From an uncultured Verrucomicrobiae bacterium (lineage in GTDB: Bacteria > Verrucomicrobiota > Verrucomicrobiia > Chthoniobacterales > JAFAMB01): a stretch of 64,000 nt of DNA. Position numbers and translations under genes: made by a program. The DNA lies in assembly GCA_963837955.1 (NCBI GenBank), contig CAWIPH010000002.1:1920001-1984000 (forward strand), in the 5' to 3' direction. Positions 9,262 to 19,613 of the stretch are shown piece by piece (position 1 is the first letter of the stretch; each line of letters opens with the position of its first letter). Under the pieces are notes generated by a model. The model was given only the letters and a program-made list of their open reading frames with translations. It did not search any database and was not told the origin of the DNA.

Positions 9262-10197
9262 ATGAAACGGAACGGCAACCGAGAGATCTGGCGTATAAAG
9301 CGGGCCTGGCTCGCGCTGCTGCTGTTCATGCTATGTCTGGCTCTGGTTTCCGTTGTCCGAGGCGAGCAGGCGGTAGTTTTTGCCCATTACAATCTCGAAA
9401 ATTATCTAGTCATGGATCGACGGGATGGAGGGCAAATTGTTCACGCGGCAAAACCAGAAAAGGAAATCGAGCCGCTACTTCGGATTATCCACGAAATTCA
9501 TCCGGACCTTTTGGGTGTCGCGGAGATGGGTACGCCGGATCAGCTGCAGAGTTTTCGGGAACGACTGGCCCAAGAAGGAATTACTTTTGTTGATACAGAG
9601 TATGTGAGTGGTCCGGATCCGGATCGGCACATAGCCCTTTTAAGCCGTTTCCCGATTGTCTCTCGCAATTCGGAAGCAAACGTTCCGATTCACATGCCGA
9701 ACGCGACCGAATCGATTCGACGCGGCATTCTCGATGTGACTGTGCAGATTGCTGGCTTTCGCTTGAGGCTGATCGGAGCGCATTTGAAATCGAAGTTGCC
9801 CGTGCCGGAAGGAGAAGAGTTGGTGCGACGACAAGAGGCGCAAGAATTGAGAAGCCATGTCGATCGAGTCATGAAAGAAGCGCAGGATGTACCGCTTCTC
9901 GTTTACGGCGATCTCAATGATACCAAGGAACAACCGGCCATTCAGGAGGTATTGGGCGATCGCCAAAGCCCGAATCATCTCACCGATTTGTGGCTATCCG
10001 ACTACACGGGGGATCACTGGACCTATTACCAGAAATTTACCGATACGTACGCGCGGATCGATTACATATTGATCAGCCGATCGTTGCTACCTTCAATTGA
10101 CCGCAGGCATTGCTATGTCTTTCGGTCGGCGGATTGGAACCAGGCTAGTGATCACCGGCCGGTCGTGGCGACAATCCGAATCCCGGAAGGGAAATGA
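9262..10197 (+). CDS. Exported endonuclease/exonuclease/phosphatase (EEP) family protein
   Basis: HYNLENY, DLLGVAE, HLKSK, GDLND, RIDYIL, SDHRPV; N-terminal hydrophobic segment. Confidence 0.9.
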   Translation: MKRNGNREIWRIKRAWLALLLFMLCLALVSVVRGEQAVVFAHYNLENYLVMDRRDGGQIVHAAKPEKEIEPLLRIIHEIHPDLLGVAEMGTPDQLQSFRERLAQEGITFVDTEYVSGPDPDRHIALLSRFPIVSRNSEANVPIHMPNATESIRRGILDVTVQIAGFRLRLIGAHLKSKLPVPEGEELVRRQEAQELRSHVDRVMKEAQDVPLLVYGDLNDTKEQPAIQEVLGDRQSPNHLTDLWLSDYTGDHWTYYQKFTDTYARIDYILISRSLLPSIDRRHCYVFRSADWNQASDHRPVVATIRIPEGK

Positions 10198-10353
10198 CAA
10201 ATGACAGACCGCGGATGGAAATGCCTGATCCTGAACTGAAACGGAACACGTAAAATGCTGCGGCGAACTGCCCCGACCGCCACGAGAGATTAGATGATCA
10301 CAACGCTTTCTTCGACCCGTCCGTGCGTCGCGACCACTTAGGACCGGCTGCTT

Positions 10354-10584
10354 ATGAATGAACAGCTCAAAGAGTTGATCTATGCCACGGAATTTGTTCC
10401 GTTTCGCGTTTGGATGAACGATGGCTCTGTCTATTCAGTCCTTTCTAGGGAACACGCCTGGCTGGGGACCGGTAGGACCGGTATTTTGTTTGTGGAAGCC
10501 GATTCCGGAGCGGCATCCGTGTTGCAAATTCGCAGCATAGCAGCAATTGAAACCGGGACAGGCTCAGTGACAGATGCTGAATGA
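10354..10584 (+). CDS. Small conserved-looking hypothetical protein
   Basis: FVPFRVWMNDGSVYSVLSREH pattern and plausible composition. Confidence 0.55.
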   Translation: MNEQLKELIYATEFVPFRVWMNDGSVYSVLSREHAWLGTGRTGILFVEADSGAASVLQIRSIAAIETGTGSVTDAE

Positions 10585-10955
10585 GTTGGTCCGAGAGGTG
10601 GAGAAGATCCTGGTCCTGGGTGTAAAGATCGAGAGGGACCGGATCCCCGCGATCTATTCGTTAGCGTGCGAGAGGATGCCTGCCCTCCTCATTTGGTGTG
10701 ACTCAACATCCGAGAGGCGATTGGAGGAGGCGGAAACGCCCTCGGGGAGAGCGGACGCTCGGGAGCGGGTCCTCCCAGATTTGGACGTTGAAAGGGGGTA
10801 GCCGCTAGCGCTCGGCTCCGAACCAGTGGACTGTAAACCGCAAGGCGTGAACGCTGATCATCTTCTTCCTTGCAGGGAGACCCAGCGCACCTAATGTCGC
10901 GGGGCGTCCCGCGATCGTTTGGCGTGAAAGTGGGCCGTTTGATGTCTGCAACGAT

Positions 10956-12227
10956 ATGGCCAATACAGTTTTAGTCGGCGCACAGTGGGGAGATGAGGGA
11001 AAAGGCAAGGTCATCGATTACCTGACGGAGCAGGTCGATGTCGTTGTGCGAAGCCAAGGAGGCAATAACGCGGGTCACACTGTGGTCGTGGGTGAGACGA
11101 CTTACATCCTGCGGCTCATTCCTTCCGGCATTCTTCGGCCAGACAAGATTTGTATCATTGGAAACGGGGTCGTGATCGATCCGATCTCTTTGTGCCAAGA
11201 GATCGCCGAACTGGAAGGACAGGGAATTCAGATTACGGAGCGCAACCTGCTGATTAGTGAGTCAGCCCATTTGGTGTTTCCGTACCATCGGCTCATCGAC
11301 GAACAACGCGAGGCCGCGCACGGTAGGAACAAGATCGGAACCACTAAGCGTGGGATCGGACCAGCGTACGGCGACAAGGTCGCCCGAGTCGGGATTCGTG
11401 TCTGTGATTTAATGCAGCCGGATCTGTTCGAGGAGCGTCTGTTTGCCCGGGTCCAAGAAGCAAACTGGCTACTGGAACATCTTGGCGGTCAGCTGGTGGA
11501 TCCGAAAAAGGTGCTCTCAGAATACCTGGTAGCCGGAAAACGGTTGCGTCCGATGCTGAAGAACACAGTGCTCGAAATCCACCGGCTAATGAATGAAGGG
11601 AAGCAAATACTCTTTGAGGGCGCCCAAGGAACCTTCCTGGATATCGACCACGGAACTTACCCATACGTCACTTCGTCGAATACAACTGCCGGCGGCGCTT
11701 GTACTGGTGCCGGCGTGCCGCCCAATCGAATTGATCGAGTGGTGGGGGCGATGAAAGCGTATATGACCAGGGTGGGAGAAGGTCCTTTTCCAACGGAGGA
11801 TGAAAAAATCTCGGACTTGTTGCACGGAATGGGTCGTGAATTTGGAGCGGTCACGGGAAGAGCTCGGCGTTGCGGCTGGTTCGATGCAGTGGCTACTCGG
11901 TTTGCCACGATCGTGAACGGGATCGACCAGCTTGCGGTCACGAATCTCGACGGCCTGGATGGGCTGCACACACTCAAAATATGCACCGGCTACGAGATGG
12001 ACGGGGAAAGCGTTTCTTTGCCCCCCGCCTGCGTTCGGCAGCTCGATCGTTGCAAGCCGATTTACATCGAGATGCCTGGTTGGAAGAGGCCAACCTCGGG
12101 TGTGCGTACTTTCGCTGATCTGCCGGCCAATGCGCAGAATTATCTGCACAAGATCTGCGAGCTATCGGGTGCCAAACTGATGCTCGTGGGTGTGGGGCAG
12201 AAGAGGGAAGAGACGATTCTGGTGTAG
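10956..12227 (+). CDS. purA: Adenylosuccinate synthetase
   Basis: GAQWGDEGKGK, GGNNAGHT, IGTTKRGIGPAY, EGAQG, TRVGEGPFPTE, TGRARRCGWFD. Confidence 0.98.
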   Translation: MANTVLVGAQWGDEGKGKVIDYLTEQVDVVVRSQGGNNAGHTVVVGETTYILRLIPSGILRPDKICIIGNGVVIDPISLCQEIAELEGQGIQITERNLLISESAHLVFPYHRLIDEQREAAHGRNKIGTTKRGIGPAYGDKVARVGIRVCDLMQPDLFEERLFARVQEANWLLEHLGGQLVDPKKVLSEYLVAGKRLRPMLKNTVLEIHRLMNEGKQILFEGAQGTFLDIDHGTYPYVTSSNTTAGGACTGAGVPPNRIDRVVGAMKAYMTRVGEGPFPTEDEKISDLLHGMGREFGAVTGRARRCGWFDAVATRFATIVNGIDQLAVTNLDGLDGLHTLKICTGYEMDGESVSLPPACVRQLDRCKPIYIEMPGWKRPTSGVRTFADLPANAQNYLHKICELSGAKLMLVGVGQKREETILV

Positions 12228-12280
12228 GGCCGGCGCTGATTGCTGATCTGTATCGACCCCTGATCTGCATGCATAATCTG

Positions 12281-12562
12281 AGCGCCGATGTGTCCGACGA
12301 AGCCTCCTCCGATGTTCGAACGTGACTTACGGTTGGCGAAGTCGGAAGCCGCTTTCCGATGTTCGAGCCACGGTTGACGATCGGCCAAGTCGGAAGGCGC
12401 GTCCCAAGATAGCCTAAGGCGAAGCCCTAAAGGGATCCAATCAAATGAGAATAACAAGCGCTGAAAGGGCGTGACAATGCGAACTGATACGGTGCGTATT
12501 GGGCCTGATCGGTGCCCTTTCAGCAGCTTCAACCCGGCTGCGCGGGTGTTTTTCACCGTAGG
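12281..12562. repeat. Decayed REP-like element (family D) carrying a tandem mini-element insert at 12289-12394
   Basis: Removing the insert restores AGCGCCGAAGGCGCG...AGCCTAAGGCGAAGCCCTAA...AAGCGCTGAAAGGGCG...GCCCTTTCAGC. A related remnant lies at ~15350-15432. Confidence 0.6.
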
Positions 12563-12613
12563 AACATTCATTTAGTGGCGTAGTGGAGTCTTCCTTCGCT
12601 AAGAGGAGGGATG

Positions 12614-12800
12614 CAACGAGGAGGCTTGGCAAGTAATCCGCTTGCCCAGTGGTGTTTAGCAGTAACTAAACCCGCCTTTCAGCATGGAATCAGACGCTAC
12701 GATTTTTTCACTGGTGGCTGGAAAGCACTGTGGTGCTTGCAAGACCCCGTTTATGAGAATGTCTCGATCTTTCGCCGTCTGAGCCAAGCCTCCTTCGTTG
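12614..12800 (+). ncRNA. Candidate IS110 bridge/seek RNA
   Basis: 17-bp closing stem with one bulge, CAACGAGGAGGCTTGGC (12614-12630) / GCCAAGCCTCCTTCGTTG (12783-12800), enclosing internal hairpins and short matches to the element flanks. Confidence 0.6.
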
Positions 12801-12816
12801 GCTAATCAACGAGAGA

Positions 12817-14225
12817 ATGAAACAACACGAGAAGACAAAAACCAAGTCCGAAGCGCCAAAACCGTTACACGAGCCAGAGCCCGATGCGGCTGGCATTGAT
12901 GTAGGAGCCAATGAAATCTGGGTTGCTGTAGCGCCTGATCGTAGCGAGAAGCCAATCAGAAGATTTGGTGCATTTACTCAGGAGCTCAAGGCCATTGTCC
13001 AGTGGCTGCGAGATTGCGGGATTCGTACCGTAGCAATGGAATCGACCGGTGTTTACTGGATTCCACTCTATCAGCTTCTGGCCGATGCCGGACTGAAGGT
13101 CTGTTTAGTCAACGCCCGGCATGTCAAAAATGTACCGGGTCGCAAAAGTGACGTGGGCGACTGTCAATGGTTGCAGTACCTCCACAGCGTGGGTCTATTG
13201 CGGGCTTCTTATCGGCCCGATCAAGCCATCTGTGCCGCGCGGAGCATTTACCGCTATCGGCAAAATCTGCTCACCCAGGCTGCTCAGCATCTCCAGCATA
13301 TGCAGGCGGCCTTGGATCAAATGAATATTAAGCTCCACCACGTCATCGACGATCTGACGGGCATGACGGGGCTGGCGATCATCGAGGCCATTTTAGAGGG
13401 TGAGCGAGACCCACACCAATTGGCCAAGCATCGCGATCACCGAATCAAAGCTTCCCAACAAACCATCGTCAAAGCCTTGGAGGGCGATTGGCGCAGCGAA
13501 CACCTCTTTGTTTTAAAAGTGGCCTGGGAAAATTGGAAGCAGGCTCAACACCAAATCCAAAAATGTGATCAACAGCTGCTGGAATACACCCGCCAATTGG
13601 AAGCCTGTACTACTCTGGCCAAGCCGATCAAGACCGTGCGCTTGAGCACGCAAGCAGCCGGCTCTCATCCCGTTGCCCGGCCCAGCAAACCGCGCAGGAA
13701 AACCAGCAAGAATGAACCCCCGGGGCCTTGGCGAGAAGAACTCTCTCGCTTCTTTGGCGTTGATCTGACCGCTATCCCAAGCATCAGCGTTCTCACCGGT
13801 ATTACCCTGATGACCGAGCTAGGTAATGACCTGGGTGCTTTCAAGAGCGCACACCACTTTAGTTCCTGGCTCTGTCTGTGTCCGGATAACGAGACCAGCG
13901 CTAGCAAAGTGCTTCGCCGAGCGACCCGTCGCAGCCAAAATCGGGTTCGACAGGCATTGCGCATGGCTGCCTCTTCCTTGCACCATGATAAGAGTACCTG
14001 GGAGACAAATACCGACGCTTGCGCGCCAAACTAGGTGCTCCCAAGGCTATCACCGCCATGGCCCACCAATTAGCCAGAATCCTCTGGCACCTCATCGTTC
14101 ATCGAGTCCCCTTTGATCTGACCATCTTTGCTGCTTACGAAAAGGCCAATCAGACCCGACGTCTCAAACGACTCTCCTCTGCTGCCCGCCAGATGGGCTA
14201 CCAACTGACTCCTATCGCTACCTGA
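12817..14225 (+). pseudogene. IS110 transposase/recombinase with a 1-nt frameshift near 13995 (real or assembly error)
   Basis: GIDVG, AMESTGVYW, PGRKSDVGDCQW; the C-terminus continues in another frame as (Y)LGDKYRRLRAKLGAPKAITAMAHQLARILW. AGTAC is seen where AGT-TAC is expected. Confidence 0.88.
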
Positions 14226-14545
14226 GACCGATCTCCGCTGTGAACTCCACGCTAAACTCCACCATGTTCCTTATGAGGGCGGTGCTTTCTCCTATGAGAG
14301 ACACAAGCCGTACCGCAGAAATACCGCAGATTTTGACTAGTTCGCGGGAATAACGTGCACATTCAACGCTCGGCGTGGCAGGACTTAGGTGCATGTTAAA
14401 AAGGATCCGCGAGAAAGTGGTGATGGAGCAGCGCTGGGAAAAGCGTAGCAAAATCGGCATATCAGGTTAGTCTGTAGGCATTCGTGCGGCTTTATCCAAA
14501 ATCGCACACCCCCCCACTACAAACTATTCACAGAAAGGTGTTTTT

Positions 14546-14791
14546 ATGTACGTTACCGCCATTCATCACGTCCACGATCCTGCCGGATTTCAGAAGGCCG
14601 AGGCTGAGGCTTTGAAGAAGGGACTCCCATCGGAATTCAAACTCCCCATCCATGGCGCGACGAACGATCACTCGATGGGGATCTGCATCTGGGAGGGCCC
14701 GTCCGTGGAAGCGGTTCAGGAGTTGGTCGACTCGGTCGTGGGACCCTACAGCAAGAACGAATACTTCGAAATGACGGTACAGGGCCTTTAA
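14546..14791 (+). CDS. Small hypothetical protein
   Basis: AGAAAGG RBS; 81 aa with GICIWEGPSVEAVQELVD. Confidence 0.7.
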   Translation: MYVTAIHHVHDPAGFQKAEAEALKKGLPSEFKLPIHGATNDHSMGICIWEGPSVEAVQELVDSVVGPYSKNEYFEMTVQGL

Positions 14792-14819
14792 CGGGCCCCG
14801 CAGCCGCAAGAAGTAGGTG

Positions 14820-15026
14820 CTAGAAGTGCAAAAATGACTTGAGCCGCTCGTACTCCTCCTTGCTGATCTCCCGAAGCTCAAAATCCGCTTTCGCTCTTCC
14901 GGTCTTGTGCGCTGCTTCGGCGAGCGCTCCCGGCGCACTGTAGCTTGTAGCGACCGGTTCCTTGGCTGGATCGTCTTTCAGATAAGCGATGTAGTAGAGA
15001 TCGAATTCTGGGATTTTGTTGAGCAT
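14820..15026 (-). CDS. Small hypothetical protein
   Basis: 68-aa ORF with protein-like composition, convergent with the previous gene. Confidence 0.55.
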   Translation of the reverse strand: MLNKIPEFDLYYIAYLKDDPAKEPVATSYSAPGALAEAAHKTGRAKADFELREISKEEYERLKSFLHF

Positions 15027-15438
15027 GAATAAGTGTTCATGCGAACATATGCTACCGTCAAGAGGTGCATTCTTGAAACATGTGTTCGGCTGAGTACCAT
15101 TAGCGGGTGAGTAGCGTCGTACCAGAGTGGTTGGACAAACAGATCTGGCCGCAGATTTGGCAAATGTTGGTCAATGACGCGCATTTTAGACTGTTCGAGC
15201 AGGCACGAGTAATCACAGGGAAGTTCAACGGCAAATCTCGCAGCTCATACATGACGGCTACCTTACCTTTCAAATGGTTGCGCATAGGCAGCGCTGAGTC
15301 GTGCTGGCCCTTTGCGGTAGAGAAACCGCACCGCAAATCTTAAATTAGCGCTTATGGGGCGAAGCACTAGGAATGGCACAACAAGAGAAGATCAAGCGCT
15401 GAAAGCGCGTGACAATGCGAGACTAATACGGCGGTGAA

Positions 15439-16609
15439 ATGATTCGTCTAGCGCGCATACGAAGCCTCCTCGGTACAATCGCGCTAGTAGTTGCTCCGCT
15501 ATCAGCACCGTGCGCCTCTTATCCGCAACTCCCGGCCGCAGGCTATTTGGCTGGTGAGCCGATATCGACAACCGTTGATTCCGCACTAGCCAAATACTAT
15601 TTGGAAAGCTCCGTTTCGCGCGCCACTGCGAACTCTGAGTTGGATCAACGCGTTGCTCATATTGAGCAGCGTTTCAAAGACCGTTCTCTTGACTGGACGG
15701 CATTAAAAGAAATTTCCAAGGAAACCTCACCAGATTTCGCAACGCTATTTTTCGCCAACCGAAGCTTATCCAACAGTCTGAACGCAAAACTTCAGAAGGC
15801 CTACGTCAGAGAGGTAGAAAGGATCAATTCTGCCACTCACCAGAACCATTGGGCTGGGGTCGTCCGAAGCGAACTTCGACATTATAAGCTTATCTTCATA
15901 CCCGGATTTCATTACCTAAGCGATCAATCATCAGGAGCTGATTTTTACAACCAGCGGCAATTATTCCGTCAGCTCGGTCTTCATGTTGAGTTAGCCGCAA
16001 CCCAAGAGGATGGCACAATTGAAGAAAATGCCGCAATCATCGCTGGGATAGTGCGCACCGAGAGTAAATCGAGCACCAACCTGATCTTGATAAGTGCAAG
16101 CAAAGGCGGACCGGAGACCGCATTGGCGCTGGGAAAAATACTGGATCCTACTGAAACTGCCTCCGTCAAAGCCTGGTTAAGCGTTGGGGGATTGATCCAG
16201 GGGACCTTTTTGGCGGATCATGTGATGGGCTGGCCCAAGTCCTGGCTGGCAAGGATTATACTAATCTATTCGGGAATCGATCCTCGAAGCTTATCCGGGA
16301 TGACAACTAAGGCGAGTAGAGAAAGAATGAAAGAGCTTAGGTTGCCGCGCCATATCTTTATGCTCCAGTTCATTGGCACGCCACTTTCGGGAGACATCGC
16401 TAATCGATGTCAGGGGCCGATATATGGAACTGCGGAAATACGGACCCAATGATGGTCTAACTCTTTTAGCAGACGAATTACTACCTAACGGAGTCACCGT
16501 TATTGAGCCGCGCCTCGACCATTTTTATCGAGATCCTGAGATTGATCTGAAGTCGCTGGCCCTTGCGAACACCGTGGCCGATGAGCTAAGCCGATCACCT
16601 AATCATTGA
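15439..16609 (+). pseudogene. Exported alpha/beta-hydrolase-like protein with a 1-nt frameshift near 16402 (possible assembly error)
   Basis: Signal peptide, LIFIPG, nucleophile elbow ISASKGG; continues in a shifted frame as IDVRGRYMELRKYGPNDGLTLL...LDHF. Confidence 0.65.
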
Positions 16610-16610
16610 A

Positions 16611-16686
16611 CGTTGCGGCCGGTTCGATGCGGTCGCTACTCGGTTTGGCGACGATCGTGATCCTGATCCGTATTTACCCTTTGATC
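16611..16686 (+). repeat. Diverged, internally deleted duplicate of the purA 3' region plus downstream sequence
   Basis: 16611-16660 matches purA 11868-11916 (4 substitutions and 1 insertion); 16663-16686 resembles 12243-12265. Confidence 0.8.
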
Positions 16687-16895
16687 AGTTGAGGGCGGGT
16701 CGCTTGATTGGCGCTCGCGAGCATCCTGGCCGATTAGCCAAGCGGATCTGTCATAACTTGGCCTCGCTGGATACTTGCAGGCTGGCACCTGTTGCTGTTG
16801 CTCAGGATATTGCGCATCCAGTCTCTCAGGCTTGCGGCGTTAACCATCTCAGCCCCAAGCAGGTCCATGACTTGCTGCTGATTGCCAGCGTAGCG

Positions 16896-18260
16896 ATGGC
16901 CAGACAAATCAAATTCAATGCCTTTCACATGAACTGCGCCGGACATCAGTCGCCCGGCCTCTGGACTCATCCGCGAGATCGCTCTTATCAATATACCGAT
17001 ATTGAATACTGGACCGAGCTAGCCCAAATCCTAGAGCGGGGGAAGTTTGAAAGCATCTTTCTCGCAGATGTCCTGGGTGCTTACGACGTCTACCAAGGCT
17101 CTCCCGACCACGCTTTCAGACAGGGTCTGCAAATCCCCGTCAATGATCCATTGTTCCTGATTCCGATCATGGCGCAGGCAACCCGGCACCTTGGATTTGC
17201 AGCCACCTGCTCCGTTATCTACGAGCATCCTTACTCTTTTGCTCGCCGCATGTCGACGCTCGACCATCTAACCAAGGGGCGCGTCGGCTGGAATATTGTC
17301 TCCTCCTTTCTGGATAGTGCCGCCCGCAATTTTGGGATGAAAGGTCAAATCGATCACGATGAGCGATATGACATTGCCGATGAGTACATGGAGGTCTGCT
17401 ACAAGCTCTGGGAAGGGAGTTGGGAACAAGACGCCGTGGTACGCGATCGCAAACAGCGGCTCTTCAGCGATCCGCGCAAGGTACACGATATCAATCACCA
17501 CGGGCGCTATTACACGGTACCCGGCTTCCATCTGAGCGAGCCTTCTCCTCAACGCACGCCGGTTCTTTTCCAAGCTGGTTCGTCTCGTCGCGGGAGCGAA
17601 TTCGCCGCCCGGCACGCGGAGTGCATCTTCATCGGTGGTCCTTCCAAGATCTACCTGAAAAATTATATTGAGAGGGTGCGCAACCGCGCCGCTGAATTTG
17701 GCCGCAATCCGGAAGATGTTCTTTTCTTCAAAGGACAGAGCGTGGTGGTCGCTGAGACCGAGGCGAAGGCTAAAGCCAAGTACGCAGAATTGCGCGAACA
17801 TGTGAGCTACGATGGTACCCTTGCTTTGGTTTCGGGATGGACCGGCATCGATTTTGGCAAGTATCAGCCTGATGACGAACTTCGTGACGTCGGGACCAAC
17901 GCCGGCCAGGGCACTTTGGAATTCCTGACCAACGCCGATCCAACCAAACGCTGGACCCTGAGAGAAATGGCAGATTGGATCGGGGTCGGCGGCGGGGCGA
18001 TCGTCGGTTCTCCCGAGCAGGTTGCCGACTCAATGCAGGAATGGGTAGAAGAGACTGGTTTAGACGGATTCAATCTCTCGTTCGCGCTTGCGCACGACTC
18101 GTTTAGCGACCTGGTCGATCTGGTAGTGCCAGAATTGCAGCGACGCGGAGTCTACCGAGAAAACTATGGCTCCGGTACGTTGCGCGAAAATCTATTTAAC
18201 CAGTCAGGTCATCTTCCGGAAACTCATCCTGCTGCTGTTTTCCGCCATTTGGACGCCTAG
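16896..18260 (+). CDS. LLM-class flavin-dependent monooxygenase (NtaA/DszA/SnaA family)
   Basis: MARQIKFNAFHMN, LERGKFESIFLAD, TLDHLTKGRVGWNIV, SPQRTPVLFQAGSS, VPELQRRG. Confidence 0.93.
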   Translation: MARQIKFNAFHMNCAGHQSPGLWTHPRDRSYQYTDIEYWTELAQILERGKFESIFLADVLGAYDVYQGSPDHAFRQGLQIPVNDPLFLIPIMAQATRHLGFAATCSVIYEHPYSFARRMSTLDHLTKGRVGWNIVSSFLDSAARNFGMKGQIDHDERYDIADEYMEVCYKLWEGSWEQDAVVRDRKQRLFSDPRKVHDINHHGRYYTVPGFHLSEPSPQRTPVLFQAGSSRRGSEFAARHAECIFIGGPSKIYLKNYIERVRNRAAEFGRNPEDVLFFKGQSVVVAETEAKAKAKYAELREHVSYDGTLALVSGWTGIDFGKYQPDDELRDVGTNAGQGTLEFLTNADPTKRWTLREMADWIGVGGGAIVGSPEQVADSMQEWVEETGLDGFNLSFALAHDSFSDLVDLVVPELQRRGVYRENYGSGTLRENLFNQSGHLPETHPAAVFRHLDA

Positions 18261-18287
18261 CACAGATTTTGCAGTGAAACTCTCCCA

Positions 18288-19580
18288 ATGACCTCGTCTA
18301 CTGAATCCGGAGGCGCTGATTATCGCGCAGCTCCACAATCTGCTGGGAGTGGGTGGGCTTCTCTGCTTCTCTTCTACGCGATCGGGCTTATCCGATGTGT
18401 GGACTGGTTTATTGTTGGCTCGCTGCTCACTCCGATTAAGAACGACCTTCAGTTGCCAGACGAACAACTTGGCCAGATTGGGGCCGTATTCTTTGTCGCA
18501 TCCAGTTTCACCAGCCCGATTTTCGGTTATCTGGGTGACCGTTTTCCTCGCAAGCCGATGCTGTTAGGAGCGCTTGCGGTCTGGAACATCGCAGCCATCG
18601 CTTGCGGGTTAACTTCTTCGCTTACGATCTTGCTAATATGGCGCGCTTTCGTTGGACTGGGCCAAGGCTGTTATGAAACACTGTTGCCGGGCTGGCTCGG
18701 CGATACCTTTGCCCCGCGTTGGCGGAGTCTAATCTTCGCGTTCGTCCAAAGCACGGCTCCGGTAGGTGCAGCAATTGGATTTATTTTAGGGGGCTGCCTG
18801 TCTGCGCGATTCAGTTGGCATCACGCCTTTGTCTTCACCGGTGCACCCGGAATTCTGCTGGCGATCGCCTTCATTTTTATAAAGGAACCCCTTCGCGGCC
18901 AAGCGGAACAGGGGAAAATCACCTCCAGTATTCCTACTCTCCGCGAAACGGCTCTCGCCCTTGTATCTCCCTTATTCATCCTGTATCTCTTGGGCACCAC
19001 CGCGTTCACGACTGCTCTTGGTTGTATCTCTACCTGGGGCCCTAGTTTTCTTCATCGGGTCTACGGGCTGAGCAATCCTGATGCTTCTTCCTTCTTCGCG
19101 TTCAGCTGGGTGTCGGCCGGCTGCGTTGGTGTCCTGCTCGGTGGCTGGATTGCCAGCATTTGGCGCCGTAAAAATTACTTGGCTTATCCTTCCATCTTCG
19201 CGATCGGATCGGCTCTCACTGCCCCTGTTCTTTTTGCCGCATTCCTCCTGGAAAATCAGACGCTCTCTCAAATCCTCATCCTTATAGAAATCTTTTTTAC
19301 CAGTCTCTGCTTTGGACCGATAAACGCCTTGCTGCTCGAAACGATACCGGTAATGCATCGAAGTGCGGCCTCTGCTGTGAATGTGATCTGTGCTTATGGT
19401 CTGGCCAATATCATTTCAGCAGACCTCACTGGTGCAATCTCGGATCGACATGGATTGCGAGTCGCCATGCTGATTGCGCCCAGTGCCCTCGTGCTTTCCG
19501 CGCTCTTCCTCGTCATCTACATGCTCCTGAGACGAAGATGGGCCGGATTCCAGACGCGAGTCGTTCTCGCAGACAGGTGA
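18288..19580 (+). CDS. MFS transporter (spinster-like)
   Basis: About 12 hydrophobic segments; motif A GYLGDRFPRK; RAFVGLGQG; KEPLRGQAE. Confidence 0.85.
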   Translation: MTSSTESGGADYRAAPQSAGSGWASLLLFYAIGLIRCVDWFIVGSLLTPIKNDLQLPDEQLGQIGAVFFVASSFTSPIFGYLGDRFPRKPMLLGALAVWNIAAIACGLTSSLTILLIWRAFVGLGQGCYETLLPGWLGDTFAPRWRSLIFAFVQSTAPVGAAIGFILGGCLSARFSWHHAFVFTGAPGILLAIAFIFIKEPLRGQAEQGKITSSIPTLRETALALVSPLFILYLLGTTAFTTALGCISTWGPSFLHRVYGLSNPDASSFFAFSWVSAGCVGVLLGGWIASIWRRKNYLAYPSIFAIGSALTAPVLFAAFLLENQTLSQILILIEIFFTSLCFGPINALLLETIPVMHRSAASAVNVICAYGLANIISADLTGAISDRHGLRVAMLIAPSALVLSALFLVIYMLLRRRWAGFQTRVVLADR

Positions 19581-19613
19581 CGCGTACGACGTACTCACAA
19601 CTGAGAACAACAT

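Larger units (their letters stand above)
12589..14277 (+). mobile_element. IS110-family insertion sequence (boundaries inferred from a repeated GAG core)
   Basis: DEDD-type recombinase ORF, a ~230-nt structured upstream non-coding end, no terminal inverted repeats, GAG at 12586-12588 and 14275-14277. Confidence 0.75.

Noticed and set aside
15107..15343. 78-aa ORF in the purA island
   Set aside because: The first half looks protein-like but it degenerates; it is probably a gene fragment and cannot be assigned.
16783..16801. Sigma-54 promoter TGGCAC...TTGC upstream of the LLM monooxygenase
   Set aside because: The spacing is 3 or 9 nt rather than the required 5.
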